A stretch of 64,000 bases of DNA. It comes from an uncultured Solirubrobacterales bacterium. GTDB lineage: Bacteria > Actinomycetota > Thermoleophilia > Solirubrobacterales > 70-9. A program made the position numbers and the translations under genes. Each line of letters opens with the position of its first letter. Positions within the stretch are counted from its first letter, which is position 1. Below are positions 8,612 through 18,563 of the stretch, one piece after another. The notes under the pieces were generated by a model. The model was not told the DNA's origin. It did no database searches and saw only the letters and a program-made list of their open reading frames with translations. The DNA lies in NCBI GenBank assembly GCA_963842795.1, contig CAWJHV010000040.1, positions 375,633 through 439,632 of the forward strand. The letters run 5' to 3'.

Positions 8612-9810
8612 CCTGCCGCCGCCTCGGGCTCGTGGGCGTAGTCCTCATGGCGGACCTGGTACCGGGTCTCGCCGTACCCCCGGGTCTCAAAGCCGATCAG
8701 CGCCCAGCTGAGCACGGTGACCCCGATCAGCGTCGCCAGCGCCGAGACCTCGAGCGCCAGCGGGATCGCGGCCACCAGGAGCAGCGCGAGGACGGTGCGC
8801 TGGACGTTGATCGTGTGGACGTGGCGGTAGCGGAAGGCGACGTGACCGAGCAGGTAGAGGGCCATGCCGCCGAGCAGCGCGACGGCGGGGATCGTCTTCA
8901 GCGGATCGTCGACGTGCTCGAGCGTCTTCTTGATCCCGAGCGCGACCAGGATGATCCCGGCGATCATCAGGAAGTGCATGTACGAGTAGGAGTCGCGCGC
9001 CATCTCGTTTTGCTCGCGCCCGACGGCCGCGCGCTCCAGCCGCCGCGCCGCAACCAGGGCGACGACGTCGAAATACATCCACCACATGGCCGCCGCCAGC
9101 CCCACGCCCGCCACGGCGGCGACGCCCTGGCCGACGCTGAGCGCTCCGCCGACGCCCACCCCGATCGCGACGATCGACTCGCCCAGGGCGATGATGATGA
9201 TCAGGCCGTGGCGCTCTGCGAAATGGCCGGGCACGATCTTCCAACCTTCGGCCCCCGAGACGTAGGGGCCGGCCATGTCCAGCAGCAGCGCCAGCGTCCA
9301 GAGGATTCCCTGGGCCGCACCGTCGAGGGTCGATCCGGCGACCAGCAGGGCGACCCCGATGGCCGTGCTGATCGAGAAGCCCCAGATCGACCGGCGCAGG
9401 CCCGGCTCGTCGCGGCTCGCGATCAGGAAGAGCCAGACGTGCGCGGCGCGGACGATCGCGTAGGAGAGCGCGAAGGCGAGCCCGAGGTCGCCGAACGCCT
9501 CGGGGACGCAGAGCGCAACCAGCAGCAACCCGGCCATCGCGACGAAGATCCCGATCCGGACCGCGTCCTCCTCCGGGTCGATGACGCTGGTCAGCCACGA
9601 GTAGCCGACCCACGACCACCACACCAGGGCGAGGATCAGGAGGCCCTCGGCGACCCCGGACCAGGTCGGGTGGTCCGACATCAGTTGCGTGCACTGGGTC
9701 AGCGCGAGCACGAAGACGAGGTCGAAGAACAGCTCGAGCGGCGTCACCTGCTCGGACTCGCGCATTGCGGGCGCGATCCGCGGCAGGTGCGGGCGGGTCC
9801 GGGGCATCAT
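8608..9810 (-). CDS. Low-temperature-requirement protein A (LtrA)-like integral membrane protein
   Basis: MMPRTRPHLPR...VTPLELFFDLVFVLALTQ is the typical LtrA N-terminus, followed by about 10 hydrophobic segments. An alternative start MRESEQ lies at 9764. Confidence 0.75.
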   Translation of the reverse strand: MMPRTRPHLPRIAPAMRESEQVTPLELFFDLVFVLALTQCTQLMSDHPTWSGVAEGLLILALVWWSWVGYSWLTSVIDPEEDAVRIGIFVAMAGLLLVALCVPEAFGDLGLAFALSYAIVRAAHVWLFLIASRDEPGLRRSIWGFSISTAIGVALLVAGSTLDGAAQGILWTLALLLDMAGPYVSGAEGWKIVPGHFAERHGLIIIIALGESIVAIGVGVGGALSVGQGVAAVAGVGLAAAMWWMYFDVVALVAARRLERAAVGREQNEMARDSYSYMHFLMIAGIILVALGIKKTLEHVDDPLKTIPAVALLGGMALYLLGHVAFRYRHVHTINVQRTVLALLLVAAIPLALEVSALATLIGVTVLSWALIGFETRGYGETRYQVRHEDYAHEPEAAAG

Positions 9811-9827
9811 CGGCGGCCGTGCCCGCC

Positions 9828-11501
9828 TCAGGCGGTGATCGCGCCCTGGCTGGCCGAGCCAACGCCGCGTGCGTACTTGCCCAGCACGCCGGTCTCGTGC
9901 TCCAGCGGCGGGGGCTCGTAGGCGGCGACCCGCTCGGCGATCTCCTCGTCGGAGAGCTCGACCGAGAGCTCGCGCGTCTCGACGTCGATCGTCACCCGGT
10001 CGCCGTCGCGAAGCGCCGCGATCGGCCCGCCCTTGACCGCCTCCGGGGCGACGTGGCCGACCATCAGCCCGCGGGTCGCGCCGGAGAAGCGTCCGTCGGT
10101 GAGCAGCGCGACCTCCTCCCCGAGGCCCTCGCCGACCAGCGCCGCGGTCACCTGGAGCATCTCCCGCATCCCGGGGCCCCCCGCCGGGCCCTCGTTGCGG
10201 ATCACGATCACGTCGCCGGGCTCGATCTCCTGCGCCTTGACGGCGGCGAAGCAGTCCTCCTCGGACTCGAACACACGCGCCGGACCGCTCTGCCCCATGC
10301 GCTCGGTTCCGGCGACCTTGATCACCGCGCCCTCGGGGGCGAGGTTGCCACGCAGGATCGCGAGCCCGCCCTGGGCCTTGAGCGGCGCGTCCGCCGGCAG
10401 CACGACCTCCTGGCCCTCGGCCTCGACCGCGGCGGCGGCCTCCTCGCCGATCGTCCGACCGGTGACCGTGAGCGCGTCGGCGTGCAGGAGGCCGAGCTCG
10501 GCGAGCCGGTTGAGGATCAGCGGCACGCCCCCGGCCCGGTAGAGGTCGGTGGCGACGAAGCGCCCGCCGGGCTTCAGGTCGGCGAGCAGCGGCGTGCGGC
10601 GCGAGATGCGCTCGAAGTCGTCGATGTCGAGCTCGACCCCGGCCTCGCGCGCGACCGCAAGCAGGTGCAGGACGACGTTGGTCGAGCCCCCGGAGGCGCA
10701 GGCGCAGGCGATCGCGTTCTCCAGCGCGTCCTTGGTGATCACGGCGCTCGGTCGCAGGTCCTCGGCGAGCACGCGCATCACCAGCTCGCCCACCTGCTCG
10801 GCGACCGTGTTCTTCTCCGAGTCCTCGGCGGGCACCATTGCTGCGCCGCCGGGCGAGATCCCGAGCGCCTCGAACGCGCAGGCCATCGTGTTGGCCGTGA
10901 ACTGGCCCCCGCACGCCCCGGCGCCGGGCGACGCCACGTCCTCGAGCGAGCGCAGCTCCTCGTCGGACATGTTGCCCGCGTTGTGGGCGCCCATCGCCTC
11001 GAACACGTCGACGATCGTCACGTCCTTGCCGTTCCACTTCCCGGGAGCGATCGAGCCGCCGTAGAGCAGCACCGACGGGATGTCGAGCCGCGCCAGCGCC
11101 ATCACCGCTCCGGGGATCGTCTTGTCGCAGGCGGCGAGCGCCACGAGGGCGTCGAACTGATAGCCGCGCGCCATCAGCTCGATCGAGTCGGCGATCACCT
11201 CGCGGCTCACGAGCGAGGCCTTCATCCCCTTGGTGCCCATCGTGATCCCGTCGGAGATCGCGACCGTGTTGAACTCCATCGGCGTGCCGCCCGCGGCCCG
11301 CACCCCGTCCTTGATCGGCGCGGCAAGGGCCCGGAGGTGGAAGTTGCACGGCATCGCCTCGGTCCAGGTGTTGGCGATCCCGATCGTCGGCCGCGAGAGG
11401 GCGTCGTCGTCGTAGCCGATTCCCTTCATGTAGGCGCGCGCGGCGGCGCGGTCGGGGCCGTCGAAGACCGCGGCCGAGCGCGGGCGGGGAAGGTCGCTCA
11501 T
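9828..11501 (-). CDS. ilvD: Dihydroxy-acid dehydratase
   Basis: 557 aa from MSDLPRPRS. It carries the conserved blocks [24 protein letters not shown] and TDGRFSG. Confidence 0.95.
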   Translation of the reverse strand: MSDLPRPRSAAVFDGPDRAAARAYMKGIGYDDDALSRPTIGIANTWTEAMPCNFHLRALAAPIKDGVRAAGGTPMEFNTVAISDGITMGTKGMKASLVSREVIADSIELMARGYQFDALVALAACDKTIPGAVMALARLDIPSVLLYGGSIAPGKWNGKDVTIVDVFEAMGAHNAGNMSDEELRSLEDVASPGAGACGGQFTANTMACAFEALGISPGGAAMVPAEDSEKNTVAEQVGELVMRVLAEDLRPSAVITKDALENAIACACASGGSTNVVLHLLAVAREAGVELDIDDFERISRRTPLLADLKPGGRFVATDLYRAGGVPLILNRLAELGLLHADALTVTGRTIGEEAAAAVEAEGQEVVLPADAPLKAQGGLAILRGNLAPEGAVIKVAGTERMGQSGPARVFESEEDCFAAVKAQEIEPGDVIVIRNEGPAGGPGMREMLQVTAALVGEGLGEEVALLTDGRFSGATRGLMVGHVAPEAVKGGPIAALRDGDRVTIDVETRELSVELSDEEIAERVAAYEPPPLEHETGVLGKYARGVGSASQGAITA

Positions 11502-11920
11502 CCGGTGGCCCTCGCCCGGCGCCAGGCGCCCAGCCGGGCGAGGTCGCGCCGCAGGTGGTCGGGATCGATCTGATGCCCGGGCGGGTTGTGGTTGGCGGTG
11601 AAGATCAGCTCGCGCTCGGTGCCGTGGACGGCGATCCATTTGGCGAGCACGTCGTCGGCGTCGGGGAGGCGCTCGCCGCCGTCGCGGAAGCCGACGCAGT
11701 ACTCGCTCAGCAGCCGCCCGGTCGCGGGCTCGTAGGCGACCAGCGGGCGGTGGGGATACACGAGGTAGGCGTAGCCGCTCGCCGGGTCGCCGCGCCCGGG
11801 GACGCTGATGAAGCCGAGCTCCTCGTAGGCGCTGCAGTCCTCGGCCGGGATCACCGTCCGCATCAGCTCGCGGGCGCGCCGCTCCGCCGCGGCCGCCCCG
11901 CTCGCCGGCACCGAGCTCAT
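11498..11920 (-). CDS. Hypothetical protein, 140 aa
   Basis: [37 protein letters not shown]... with coding-like GC3. ATGA overlaps occur at both ends (11917-11920 with the GG-ORF, 11498-11501 with ilvD). Confidence 0.6.
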   Translation of the reverse strand: MSSVPASGAAAAERRARELMRTVIPAEDCSAYEELGFISVPGRGDPASGYAYLVYPHRPLVAYEPATGRLLSEYCVGFRDGGERLPDADDVLAKWIAVHGTERELIFTANHNPPGHQIDPDHLRRDLARLGAWRRARATG

Positions 11921-12160
11921 CCTCCGGCGGCGGGCGGGAAGAAGATCACCCGCTCGGCGTCGCGCGGGACCTGGTCGAAGTCGCGGACCATGACCGCCTC
12001 GCGGTGGCCGCGCTCGGCCGTCGGAACCGCGGCCCACATCCCGAGGTCGAGCTGGCGGCGGAACTCCGCCACCAGGCGCTCGGTCGTCCTCGGCGAGCTC
12101 GGGGTCGCCCTCGGCGAGCAGCACGTCTCCGTGCCCGGCCCTCATCCGCACCAGCTTCAC
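11917..12160 (-). pseudogene. MoaD/ThiS-like beta-grasp sulfur-carrier-type ORF ending in Gly-Gly, interrupted by a 1-nt frame change
   Basis: Frame A (12160-12083) reads MKLVRMRAGHGDVLLAEGDPELAEDD. After one extra C at 12082, frame B (12081-11917) reads [54 protein letters not shown]-stop. GC3 is high in A before the junction and in B after it. FFPPxxGG-stop is MoaD-like. Confidence 0.55.
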
Positions 12161-12168
12161 CCGAGCGA

Positions 12169-13026
<858 letters not shown>

Positions 13027-13039
13027 GCTCTGAGGTTAT

Positions 13040-13957
13040 TCACGGCGGGGCCAGGCTCGTGGCCGAGTAGCCGCCGAGCGCGTCGGCGGAGACGTAGCCG
13101 AGCAGCTCCAGCCGGGCCAGGCCGACGGCCGCCTCCCGGGGCTCGAGCGCCGCGTCCAGCGCGATCCGGTCGACGGTCGCCGCCCCGGAGCGAACCCGGT
13201 CGAGGATCGAGTCCAGCGGCGGCTCCAGCGGCGGGCCGCGGCGCGGCTTCGGGGCCTCGAGCAGTGGCGATGTGTCGGCCCCGACTCCGTAGAGGAGGTC
13301 GAGGACGTCGCGGGCATCGCGGAGCAGGTGTGCGCCGTCGCGGATCAGGTCGTTGGTGCCGGCGGCCACCCGGACACCGAGCTGGCCGGGAACGGCGCCG
13401 ACGGTGCGGCCGAGCCGCAGCGCCCGGTCGACGGTGATCATCGTCCCCGAGGGCTGCGCCGCCTCGATGATCGCGATCACGCTGCCCAGCGCCGCCATGA
13501 TCCGGTTGCGCTCGGGGAAGAAGTGGCGACGCGCCCCGACCCCGGCGGGGTGCTCCGAGATCACCGCGCCGCTCTCGATGATGCGCTCGTAAAGCGGCCG
13601 GTTGACCGGCGGGTAGACGACGTCGGGGCCGTTGGCGAGCACGGCGATCGTCGTCCCGCCGCCGGCGAGCGCCCCGCGGTGGGCGGCGGCGTCGATCCCG
13701 CGGGCCAGGCCGCTGACGACGGTCACCCCGGCTAGGGCCAGGTCGCCGGCCAGCTCCTCGGCGACCCGGAGCCCGTAGCCGCTCGGGCGCCGGGTGCCGA
13801 CGATCGTCACCGTGGCGAGGTGATCGAGCTCGGAGATCGCCGCGCGGCGGCCGATCCCGTGGAGCCGCGGGCGCTCGTCGCGGTCGAGGTCGCAGAGACA
13901 GTCCGGGTAGTCGTCGGAGCCGCGGTCGATCACCCAGATGTCCCTCACGGAGCTCAT
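13040..13957 (-). CDS. dprA: DNA-processing protein DprA (Smf)
   Basis: 305 aa with the Rossmann-like core VVSGLARGIDAAAHRGAL...FPERNRIMA. Confidence 0.9.
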   Translation of the reverse strand: MSSVRDIWVIDRGSDDYPDCLCDLDRDERPRLHGIGRRAAISELDHLATVTIVGTRRPSGYGLRVAEELAGDLALAGVTVVSGLARGIDAAAHRGALAGGGTTIAVLANGPDVVYPPVNRPLYERIIESGAVISEHPAGVGARRHFFPERNRIMAALGSVIAIIEAAQPSGTMITVDRALRLGRTVGAVPGQLGVRVAAGTNDLIRDGAHLLRDARDVLDLLYGVGADTSPLLEAPKPRRGPPLEPPLDSILDRVRSGAATVDRIALDAALEPREAAVGLARLELLGYVSADALGGYSATSLAPP

Positions 13958-15429
13958 CGGTCGCGACGCCGAAGGGAGATCGCCTCGGCGAGGTGATCGG
14001 CTCCGATCGCCTCGGCGTGGTCGAGATCCGCGATCGTGCGCGCCAGCCGGATCGCCCGCTCGCGCCCGCGCCCGCTGAGCCCGGTCGCGCGGGCGGCGTT
14101 GGTGAGCAGGCGCTCGACCTCCGCGGAGAGCGCGATTTCGCTCGCGGGCAGCTCCGCGTTTGCCCGGTCGTCGCCGAGCCTGGCGTGCTGGCGCTCGCGA
14201 GCGGCCAGCACCCGATCGCGCATGGTGGCCGAGCGCTCACCCGGCTCGGCGAACGAGGTCAGGTCGGGCTGCTCGACCGCGAGGGTGATGTCGATCCGGT
14301 CGGCGAGCGCACCGGTGAGCTTCGCCTCGTAGGCGCGCACGGCGGCCGGATCGCAGGTGCAGCTGCCCGATCTGGGCCCGCGGCCGCAGGGGCACGGGTT
14401 CGCCGCCGCGACGAGCTGGAACCGGCACGGGAGCTCGACCGAGTACCGCGCCCGGACGAGCCGCACCCGCCCGTCCTCGAGCGGCTGGCGCAGGGCCTCG
14501 AGCGTGTCGCGGCCGAACTCCGGGAGCTCGTCGACGAACAGCACCCCGTGGTGGGCGAGGGTCACCTCCCCCGGCCGCGGCGGGGTGCCGCCGCCGATCA
14601 GGCCCGCGGTCGAGATCGTGTGGTGCGGAGCGCGGAACGGGCGCCGGCCGGCGATCGCCGGCTCGACCGGGCGCCCGCAGGCGCTCGCCACCCGGGCCGC
14701 CTCGATCGCCTCCGCCGGCCCGAGCGGCGGCAGGATCGAGGGCAGGCGGCGCGCCGCCATCGACTTGCCCGCCCCGGGCGGCCCGCTGATCAGCAGGCTG
14801 TGGCCGCCGGCGGCGGCGACCTCGAGGCCACGGCGCAGCGCCGGCTGGCCGCGCAGGTCGGCGAGGTCGGGCCCCGCGCCGTTGAGCGCCGGCCGCGCGC
14901 CGCTGGGCGGCGGCGGCTCCTCCTCGCCGCCGATCAGGCTCAGCTGCTCGAGCCGCTCGACCGGGATCACCCCGACCCCGTCGACGAGCGCCGCCTCGGC
15001 GCCGCAGGCCGCGGCGACGACGATCGCCCGGGCGCCGGAGCGCCGCGCCGCCTCGGCCATCACCATCGAACCCGGGACCGGCCGGATCGAGCCGTCGAGG
15101 GCGAGCTCGCCGGCGAGGGCGACGTCGGCGAGCACCGACTCGGGGAGCTGCTCGGTGGCGACCAGAATCGCCGCCGCGATCGCGAGGTCGAAACCGGGCC
15201 CCGCCTTGCGCAGGTCGGCCGGAGCGAGGTTGGCGGTGATCCGCCGCTGGGGGAACTCGAACCCGGAGTTGGCGAGCGCCGCCCGCACCCGCTCGCGCGA
15301 CTCGCGCACCGCGGCGTCGGGCAGGCCGACGAGGGCGAACGCCGGCAGGCCCTGGCGGACGTCGGCCTCGACGCGGACCTCGCGCGCCTCGACGCCGATC
15401 AGCGAGAACGTGCGGGCGGCCGCGAGCAC
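13954..15429 (-). CDS. comM: YifB/ComM family Mg-chelatase-like ATPase
   Basis: 491 aa with an N-terminal Lon-protease-like domain (GLPAFALVGLPDAAVRESRERV), Walker A GPPGAGKS and GVLFVDELPEF. ATGA-type overlap with dprA. Confidence 0.9.
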   Translation of the reverse strand: MLAAARTFSLIGVEAREVRVEADVRQGLPAFALVGLPDAAVRESRERVRAALANSGFEFPQRRITANLAPADLRKAGPGFDLAIAAAILVATEQLPESVLADVALAGELALDGSIRPVPGSMVMAEAARRSGARAIVVAAACGAEAALVDGVGVIPVERLEQLSLIGGEEEPPPPSGARPALNGAGPDLADLRGQPALRRGLEVAAAGGHSLLISGPPGAGKSMAARRLPSILPPLGPAEAIEAARVASACGRPVEPAIAGRRPFRAPHHTISTAGLIGGGTPPRPGEVTLAHHGVLFVDELPEFGRDTLEALRQPLEDGRVRLVRARYSVELPCRFQLVAAANPCPCGRGPRSGSCTCDPAAVRAYEAKLTGALADRIDITLAVEQPDLTSFAEPGERSATMRDRVLAARERQHARLGDDRANAELPASEIALSAEVERLLTNAARATGLSGRGRERAIRLARTIADLDHAEAIGADHLAEAISLRRRDR

Positions 15430-15535
15430 GCCGCGAACCTACGGGCGCCGCGCGCGCGTGTGGCCCGCAAACCGTGACGGATCCGACCCGATCGCCGCAC
15501 AACGGGCGCGCGCGGGCGACCTAGCCTCGAGCTCG

Positions 15536-15922
15536 ATGACCGCCGCCCGCCAGCATCTCGGCCGCGAGGCGGAGCGCCTGGTCGCCGAGCGCCTCGAGCG
15601 CGAGGGCTGGCGGATCGTCGCCCGCAATGCGCGCCCGACCGAGGTCCGCGGCGAGCTCGACCTGATCGCGCTCGACGGCCGCGCCCTGGTCTTCGTCGAG
15701 GTCAAGGCGCGGCTCGCCGGGAGCGTCGGCGGCCCCGAGCGCCCGGTGGCCGCGGTCGGCCCCCGCAAGCGAGCACAGCTGCGCCGGGTCGCCGCCGCCT
15801 GGTTACGCGACCGCGGCTACGACGTCCCCCGCCACCGCGACCTGCGCTTCGACGTCGTCGGCCTGCGCCTCGACGCCGCCGGCGCGGTGACCGAGTACGA
15901 GCACCTGCGCGGCGCGTTCTAG
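15536..15922 (+). CDS. yraN: YraN family endonuclease (UPF0102)
   Basis: MTAARQHLGREAERLVAERLEREGWRIVARNAR...ELDLIALDGRALVFVEVKAR is the classic YraN signature. ATG at 15536 is in frame in the 14357..15922 ORF. Confidence 0.85.
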   Translation: MTAARQHLGREAERLVAERLEREGWRIVARNARPTEVRGELDLIALDGRALVFVEVKARLAGSVGGPERPVAAVGPRKRAQLRRVAAAWLRDRGYDVPRHRDLRFDVVGLRLDAAGAVTEYEHLRGAF

Positions 15923-16013
15923 CCGGAGGGCCGGGGTCCGCAGATCGGAGACTTCCTGGACCTCCGGGCCGGGTAACCCTCCGATGTGCGCGGCGCCAGG
16001 TCCGCGGCGCGTT

Positions 16014-17234
16014 CTAGTGACCGTGGCGCCTGCGCACCTTCCAGCGGAAGTGGGCCGGCTTCGGGTCCTGCTGGCCGAGCGAGTCGATCGCCCAGACCCG
16101 CAGCCGGTGGCGGCCCCGGCCGACCCGCTTGGAGATCTTGGGGTTGCAGAGCTTGGCGCGGTGGTGGTCGAGCTTGCACCGAAACAGCGCCGGCTCGCTG
16201 GCCTCGAACTTGAAGCGCGCCCTGCGGCTGTGCGACTTGCGCCGCGGGTGCTTGGCGATCCGCGTCTGCGGCGGCTCCAGCGGGCGCGCACCGAAGCCGA
16301 CCGTGCCCGCGGGGAGCCCGGCGGCGAGCGCCTTGCGGATCGGGTCGGCCGCGACCCGGGTGAACATGGTCGGAGCCGAGGCGCAGGGCACCGGGCCGAA
16401 GTTGGTGAGCCCGGCGAGCCGGAAGCCGAGCGTGTTGCCGGTCTCCACCGGGACCACGAGGCCACCGCCGCTGTCGCCGACGCAGGTGCCCTGCGCACCC
16501 GCCGGGGACTCGGCGCAGACCCGGTCGAGGTTCGAGAAGTAGGCCGGCCAGGTCGCCGCGCAGCGGTCGTCGCCGACGACGCGCAGCTCAACGGCCTTGA
16601 GGTGGTTGGCGAGCTGGGTCAGGTCGGTGGCGCTGACGCTCCCCCAGCCCGAGGTCGCCGCCAGCCGCCCGCCCGACCAGGCCGCGGCCTCGTCCGGGCC
16701 GGCGATCTGGATCGGCCGCGCGCTCGAAGGCGACTGCAGCGTGAGCACCGCGATATCCCAGGAGTAGGCGGTCGGGCTGTAGAGCTGCGGCCCCTGGTCG
16801 GGGCCCGAGCGCGCCTCGAGCACCGGCGCCCCGCCGGCCCCCGTGACCAGGTAGCGGACGCCGGAGACGTCGATCGCGGCGCCGGCGGCGCCGGAGATCG
16901 TCGTGCTCCCGGTGATCGCCTCGAACTGGTTGCCTTCGTTGAAGCCGATCCCGGCGATCGGTGTGTCGTAGACGCAGTGGGCGGCGGTGAGCACGATCCG
17001 CGGCGCGACCAGCACTCCGCCGCAGGCGAAGCGCTCGCGCGCGGTGCCCTGCCAGTAGGCGTCGTTGAGCTCGAGCGCCACCTGCCACGGATACAGGGAG
17101 ATGTCCGCCTCGACCCCGCCGACGATGCGCGGCTCTTTCGCGGCCGAGGCCTGGGCGGCGCCGGCGAGCGAGCAGGCGATTGCCACCAGAGCCACGCCCC
17201 GTCGCAATCCCCCTGCCAAAGGCAGGCCCGCCAT
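16014..17234 (-). CDS. Secreted trypsin-like (S1 family) serine protease with a basic C-terminal domain
   Basis: Signal peptide MAGLPLAGGLRRGVALVAIACSLAGAAQASA, then RIVGG, TAAHC and GDSGGGL catalytic blocks. The C-terminal ~90 aa are a K/R-rich Ig-like tail. Confidence 0.85.
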   Translation of the reverse strand: MAGLPLAGGLRRGVALVAIACSLAGAAQASAAKEPRIVGGVEADISLYPWQVALELNDAYWQGTARERFACGGVLVAPRIVLTAAHCVYDTPIAGIGFNEGNQFEAITGSTTISGAAGAAIDVSGVRYLVTGAGGAPVLEARSGPDQGPQLYSPTAYSWDIAVLTLQSPSSARPIQIAGPDEAAAWSGGRLAATSGWGSVSATDLTQLANHLKAVELRVVGDDRCAATWPAYFSNLDRVCAESPAGAQGTCVGDSGGGLVVPVETGNTLGFRLAGLTNFGPVPCASAPTMFTRVAADPIRKALAAGLPAGTVGFGARPLEPPQTRIAKHPRRKSHSRRARFKFEASEPALFRCKLDHHRAKLCNPKISKRVGRGRHRLRVWAIDSLGQQDPKPAHFRWKVRRRHGH

Positions 17235-17290
17235 CGCGGGCAACCTACAGCAGCCGTCCGGTCCGGTGCGCCGCTCCGCGATTCGCTCGC

Positions 17291-17911
17291 TCAGCCCAGG
17301 CGCAGCTGGGAATAGGCGATCGAGGCGAACGAGCGGCGGTGCAGGGGTGATGGGCCGTGCTCGACGATCGCCGCGCGGTGCTCCGGGGTCGAGTAGCCCA
17401 CGTTGCCCGCCCACTCGTAGACGGGGAAGTCGGCGGCGATCCGGTGCATGTAGCGATCGCGGGTCACCTTGGCGATCACCGACGCCGCGGCGATCGCGGC
17501 GCTGCGGGCGTCGCCGTCGATCACGGCCCGGTGCTCGACCTTGCAGCTCGGGACCCGGAAGCCGTCGGTGAGGCAGGCGGCGCCGGGGACGGCCACGCGC
17601 TCGAGGCTGCGGGCCAGCGCCGCGAGATTGGTGACATGGAGACCGCGGGCGTCGATCCCGCGCACGCAGCGGATCGTGACCGCAACCCGCGCGGCCGCCC
17701 GGATGACGATCGGGTAGAGCGCCTCGCGCTGCTCGGGCGTGCGCTGCTTGGAGTCGTCGAGGTCGCCAAGCGCGCGGCGGTCGCGCAGGCTGAGCCGTTC
17801 GTAGTCGAGGAGCACCCCGGCGGCGACCAGCGGACCGGCGAGCGACCCGCGACCGGCCTCGTCGGCGCCGGCTACGAAGCGGCAGCCGAGCTCGCGGTCG
17901 AAGCGGAACAG
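17291..17911 (-). CDS. rnhB: Ribonuclease HII (start codon uncertain, possibly CTG at 17911)
   Basis: VAGADEAGRGSLAGPLVAAGV catalytic block. No ATG/GTG/TTG lies between the lepB stop and this block. The upstream GTGs (18055, 18046) lie in a lepB-overlapping stretch with poor GC3 in this frame. Confidence 0.8.
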   Translation of the reverse strand: MFRFDRELGCRFVAGADEAGRGSLAGPLVAAGVLLDYERLSLRDRRALGDLDDSKQRTPEQREALYPIVIRAAARVAVTIRCVRGIDARGLHVTNLAALARSLERVAVPGAACLTDGFRVPSCKVEHRAVIDGDARSAAIAAASVIAKVTRDRYMHRIAADFPVYEWAGNVGYSTPEHRAAIVEHGPSPLHRRSFASIAYSQLRLG

Positions 17912-17948
17912 CTTCGCGGCGCGCCGACGCCGGCGACGAGCCGCCGCG

Positions 17949-18563
17949 TCAGAGGATCCCGATCCGGTCCGGCGGCCAGTAGGTGAAGAAGGCTTGGCCG
18001 ATGATCCAGTCTCGGGGGACGGGACCCCAGTAGCGGCTGTCGTCACTCGCCCCACGGTTGTCGCCCATCATGAAGTAATGATCGGGTGGAATGGTGATCT
18101 CGTGGGGGAAGTCGCAGCTGCTCGGTCCCTGACACCGGCGGATCTCCCAATCGCCCTCGAACGGCTCGCCGTTGACGATCGGGATCCCGTTCTCGATCGA
18201 GAGCGTGTCGCCGGGGCCGGCGACCACGCGCTTGATGAAGTTCTCGTCGGCCTCCTCGGGGGTCGGCTCGCTGCACGGCTGGCCGGACCGTGTCGGGGCC
18301 CCGCACTTGTCGCCGTCGAGAGCCCCCTGCGGCGGGTGGAAGACGACCACGTCGCCGGGATCTGGGTCGGAGCCGAGCCGGGTGAAGACGCGGTTGACGA
18401 GCACCCGCTGGCCGATGTCGAGCGTCGGCTCCATCGACTCGGAGGGGATCTGGTACGGCTTGACCACGAACGCCTGGATGCCGAGCGCGAGCCCGATCGC
18501 GAGCGCGACGATCACGACGAGCTCGAGAACCGCCCCCCGGCCGGTTGTCGGCTTCGGGATCAG
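17949..18563 (-). CDS. lepB: Signal peptidase I (start uncertain: CTG at 18563 overlapping the rplS stop, or GTG at 18515)
   Basis: TM segment [19 protein letters not shown], catalytic SESMEPTL, plus [14 protein letters not shown]. Confidence 0.85.
   Translation of the reverse strand: MIPKPTTGRGAVLELVVIVALAIGLALGIQAFVVKPYQIPSESMEPTLDIGQRVLVNRVFTRLGSDPDPGDVVVFHPPQGALDGDKCGAPTRSGQPCSEPTPEEADENFIKRVVAGPGDTLSIENGIPIVNGEPFEGDWEIRRCQGPSSCDFPHEITIPPDHYFMMGDNRGASDDSRYWGPVPRDWIIGQAFFTYWPPDRIGIL

Noticed and set aside
7750-11349. Very long alternate-frame or antisense ORFs (7750..9921 +, 8608..11349 -, 9765..11573 +). Similar ones occur elsewhere (40128..42254 +, 53400..56144 +, 23358..25609 +).
   Set aside because: Their translations are monotonous Arg/Gly/Pro/Ala/Asp strings without motifs. 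Each lies opposite or out of frame to a gene with unmistakable conserved motifs (LtrA, IlvD, YloV, PriA, SMC). This is typical of stop-codon-poor high-GC DNA.
12076-12090. Programmed +1 ribosomal frameshift in the Gly-Gly ORF
   Set aside because: The junction GAC-GAC-C-GAG offers no slippery re-pairing for tRNA-Asp in the +1 frame, and there is no in-frame stop at the junction as in prfB (the rare CGA Arg codon alone is not enough). A simple indel, whether real or a sequencing error, is more parsimonious.
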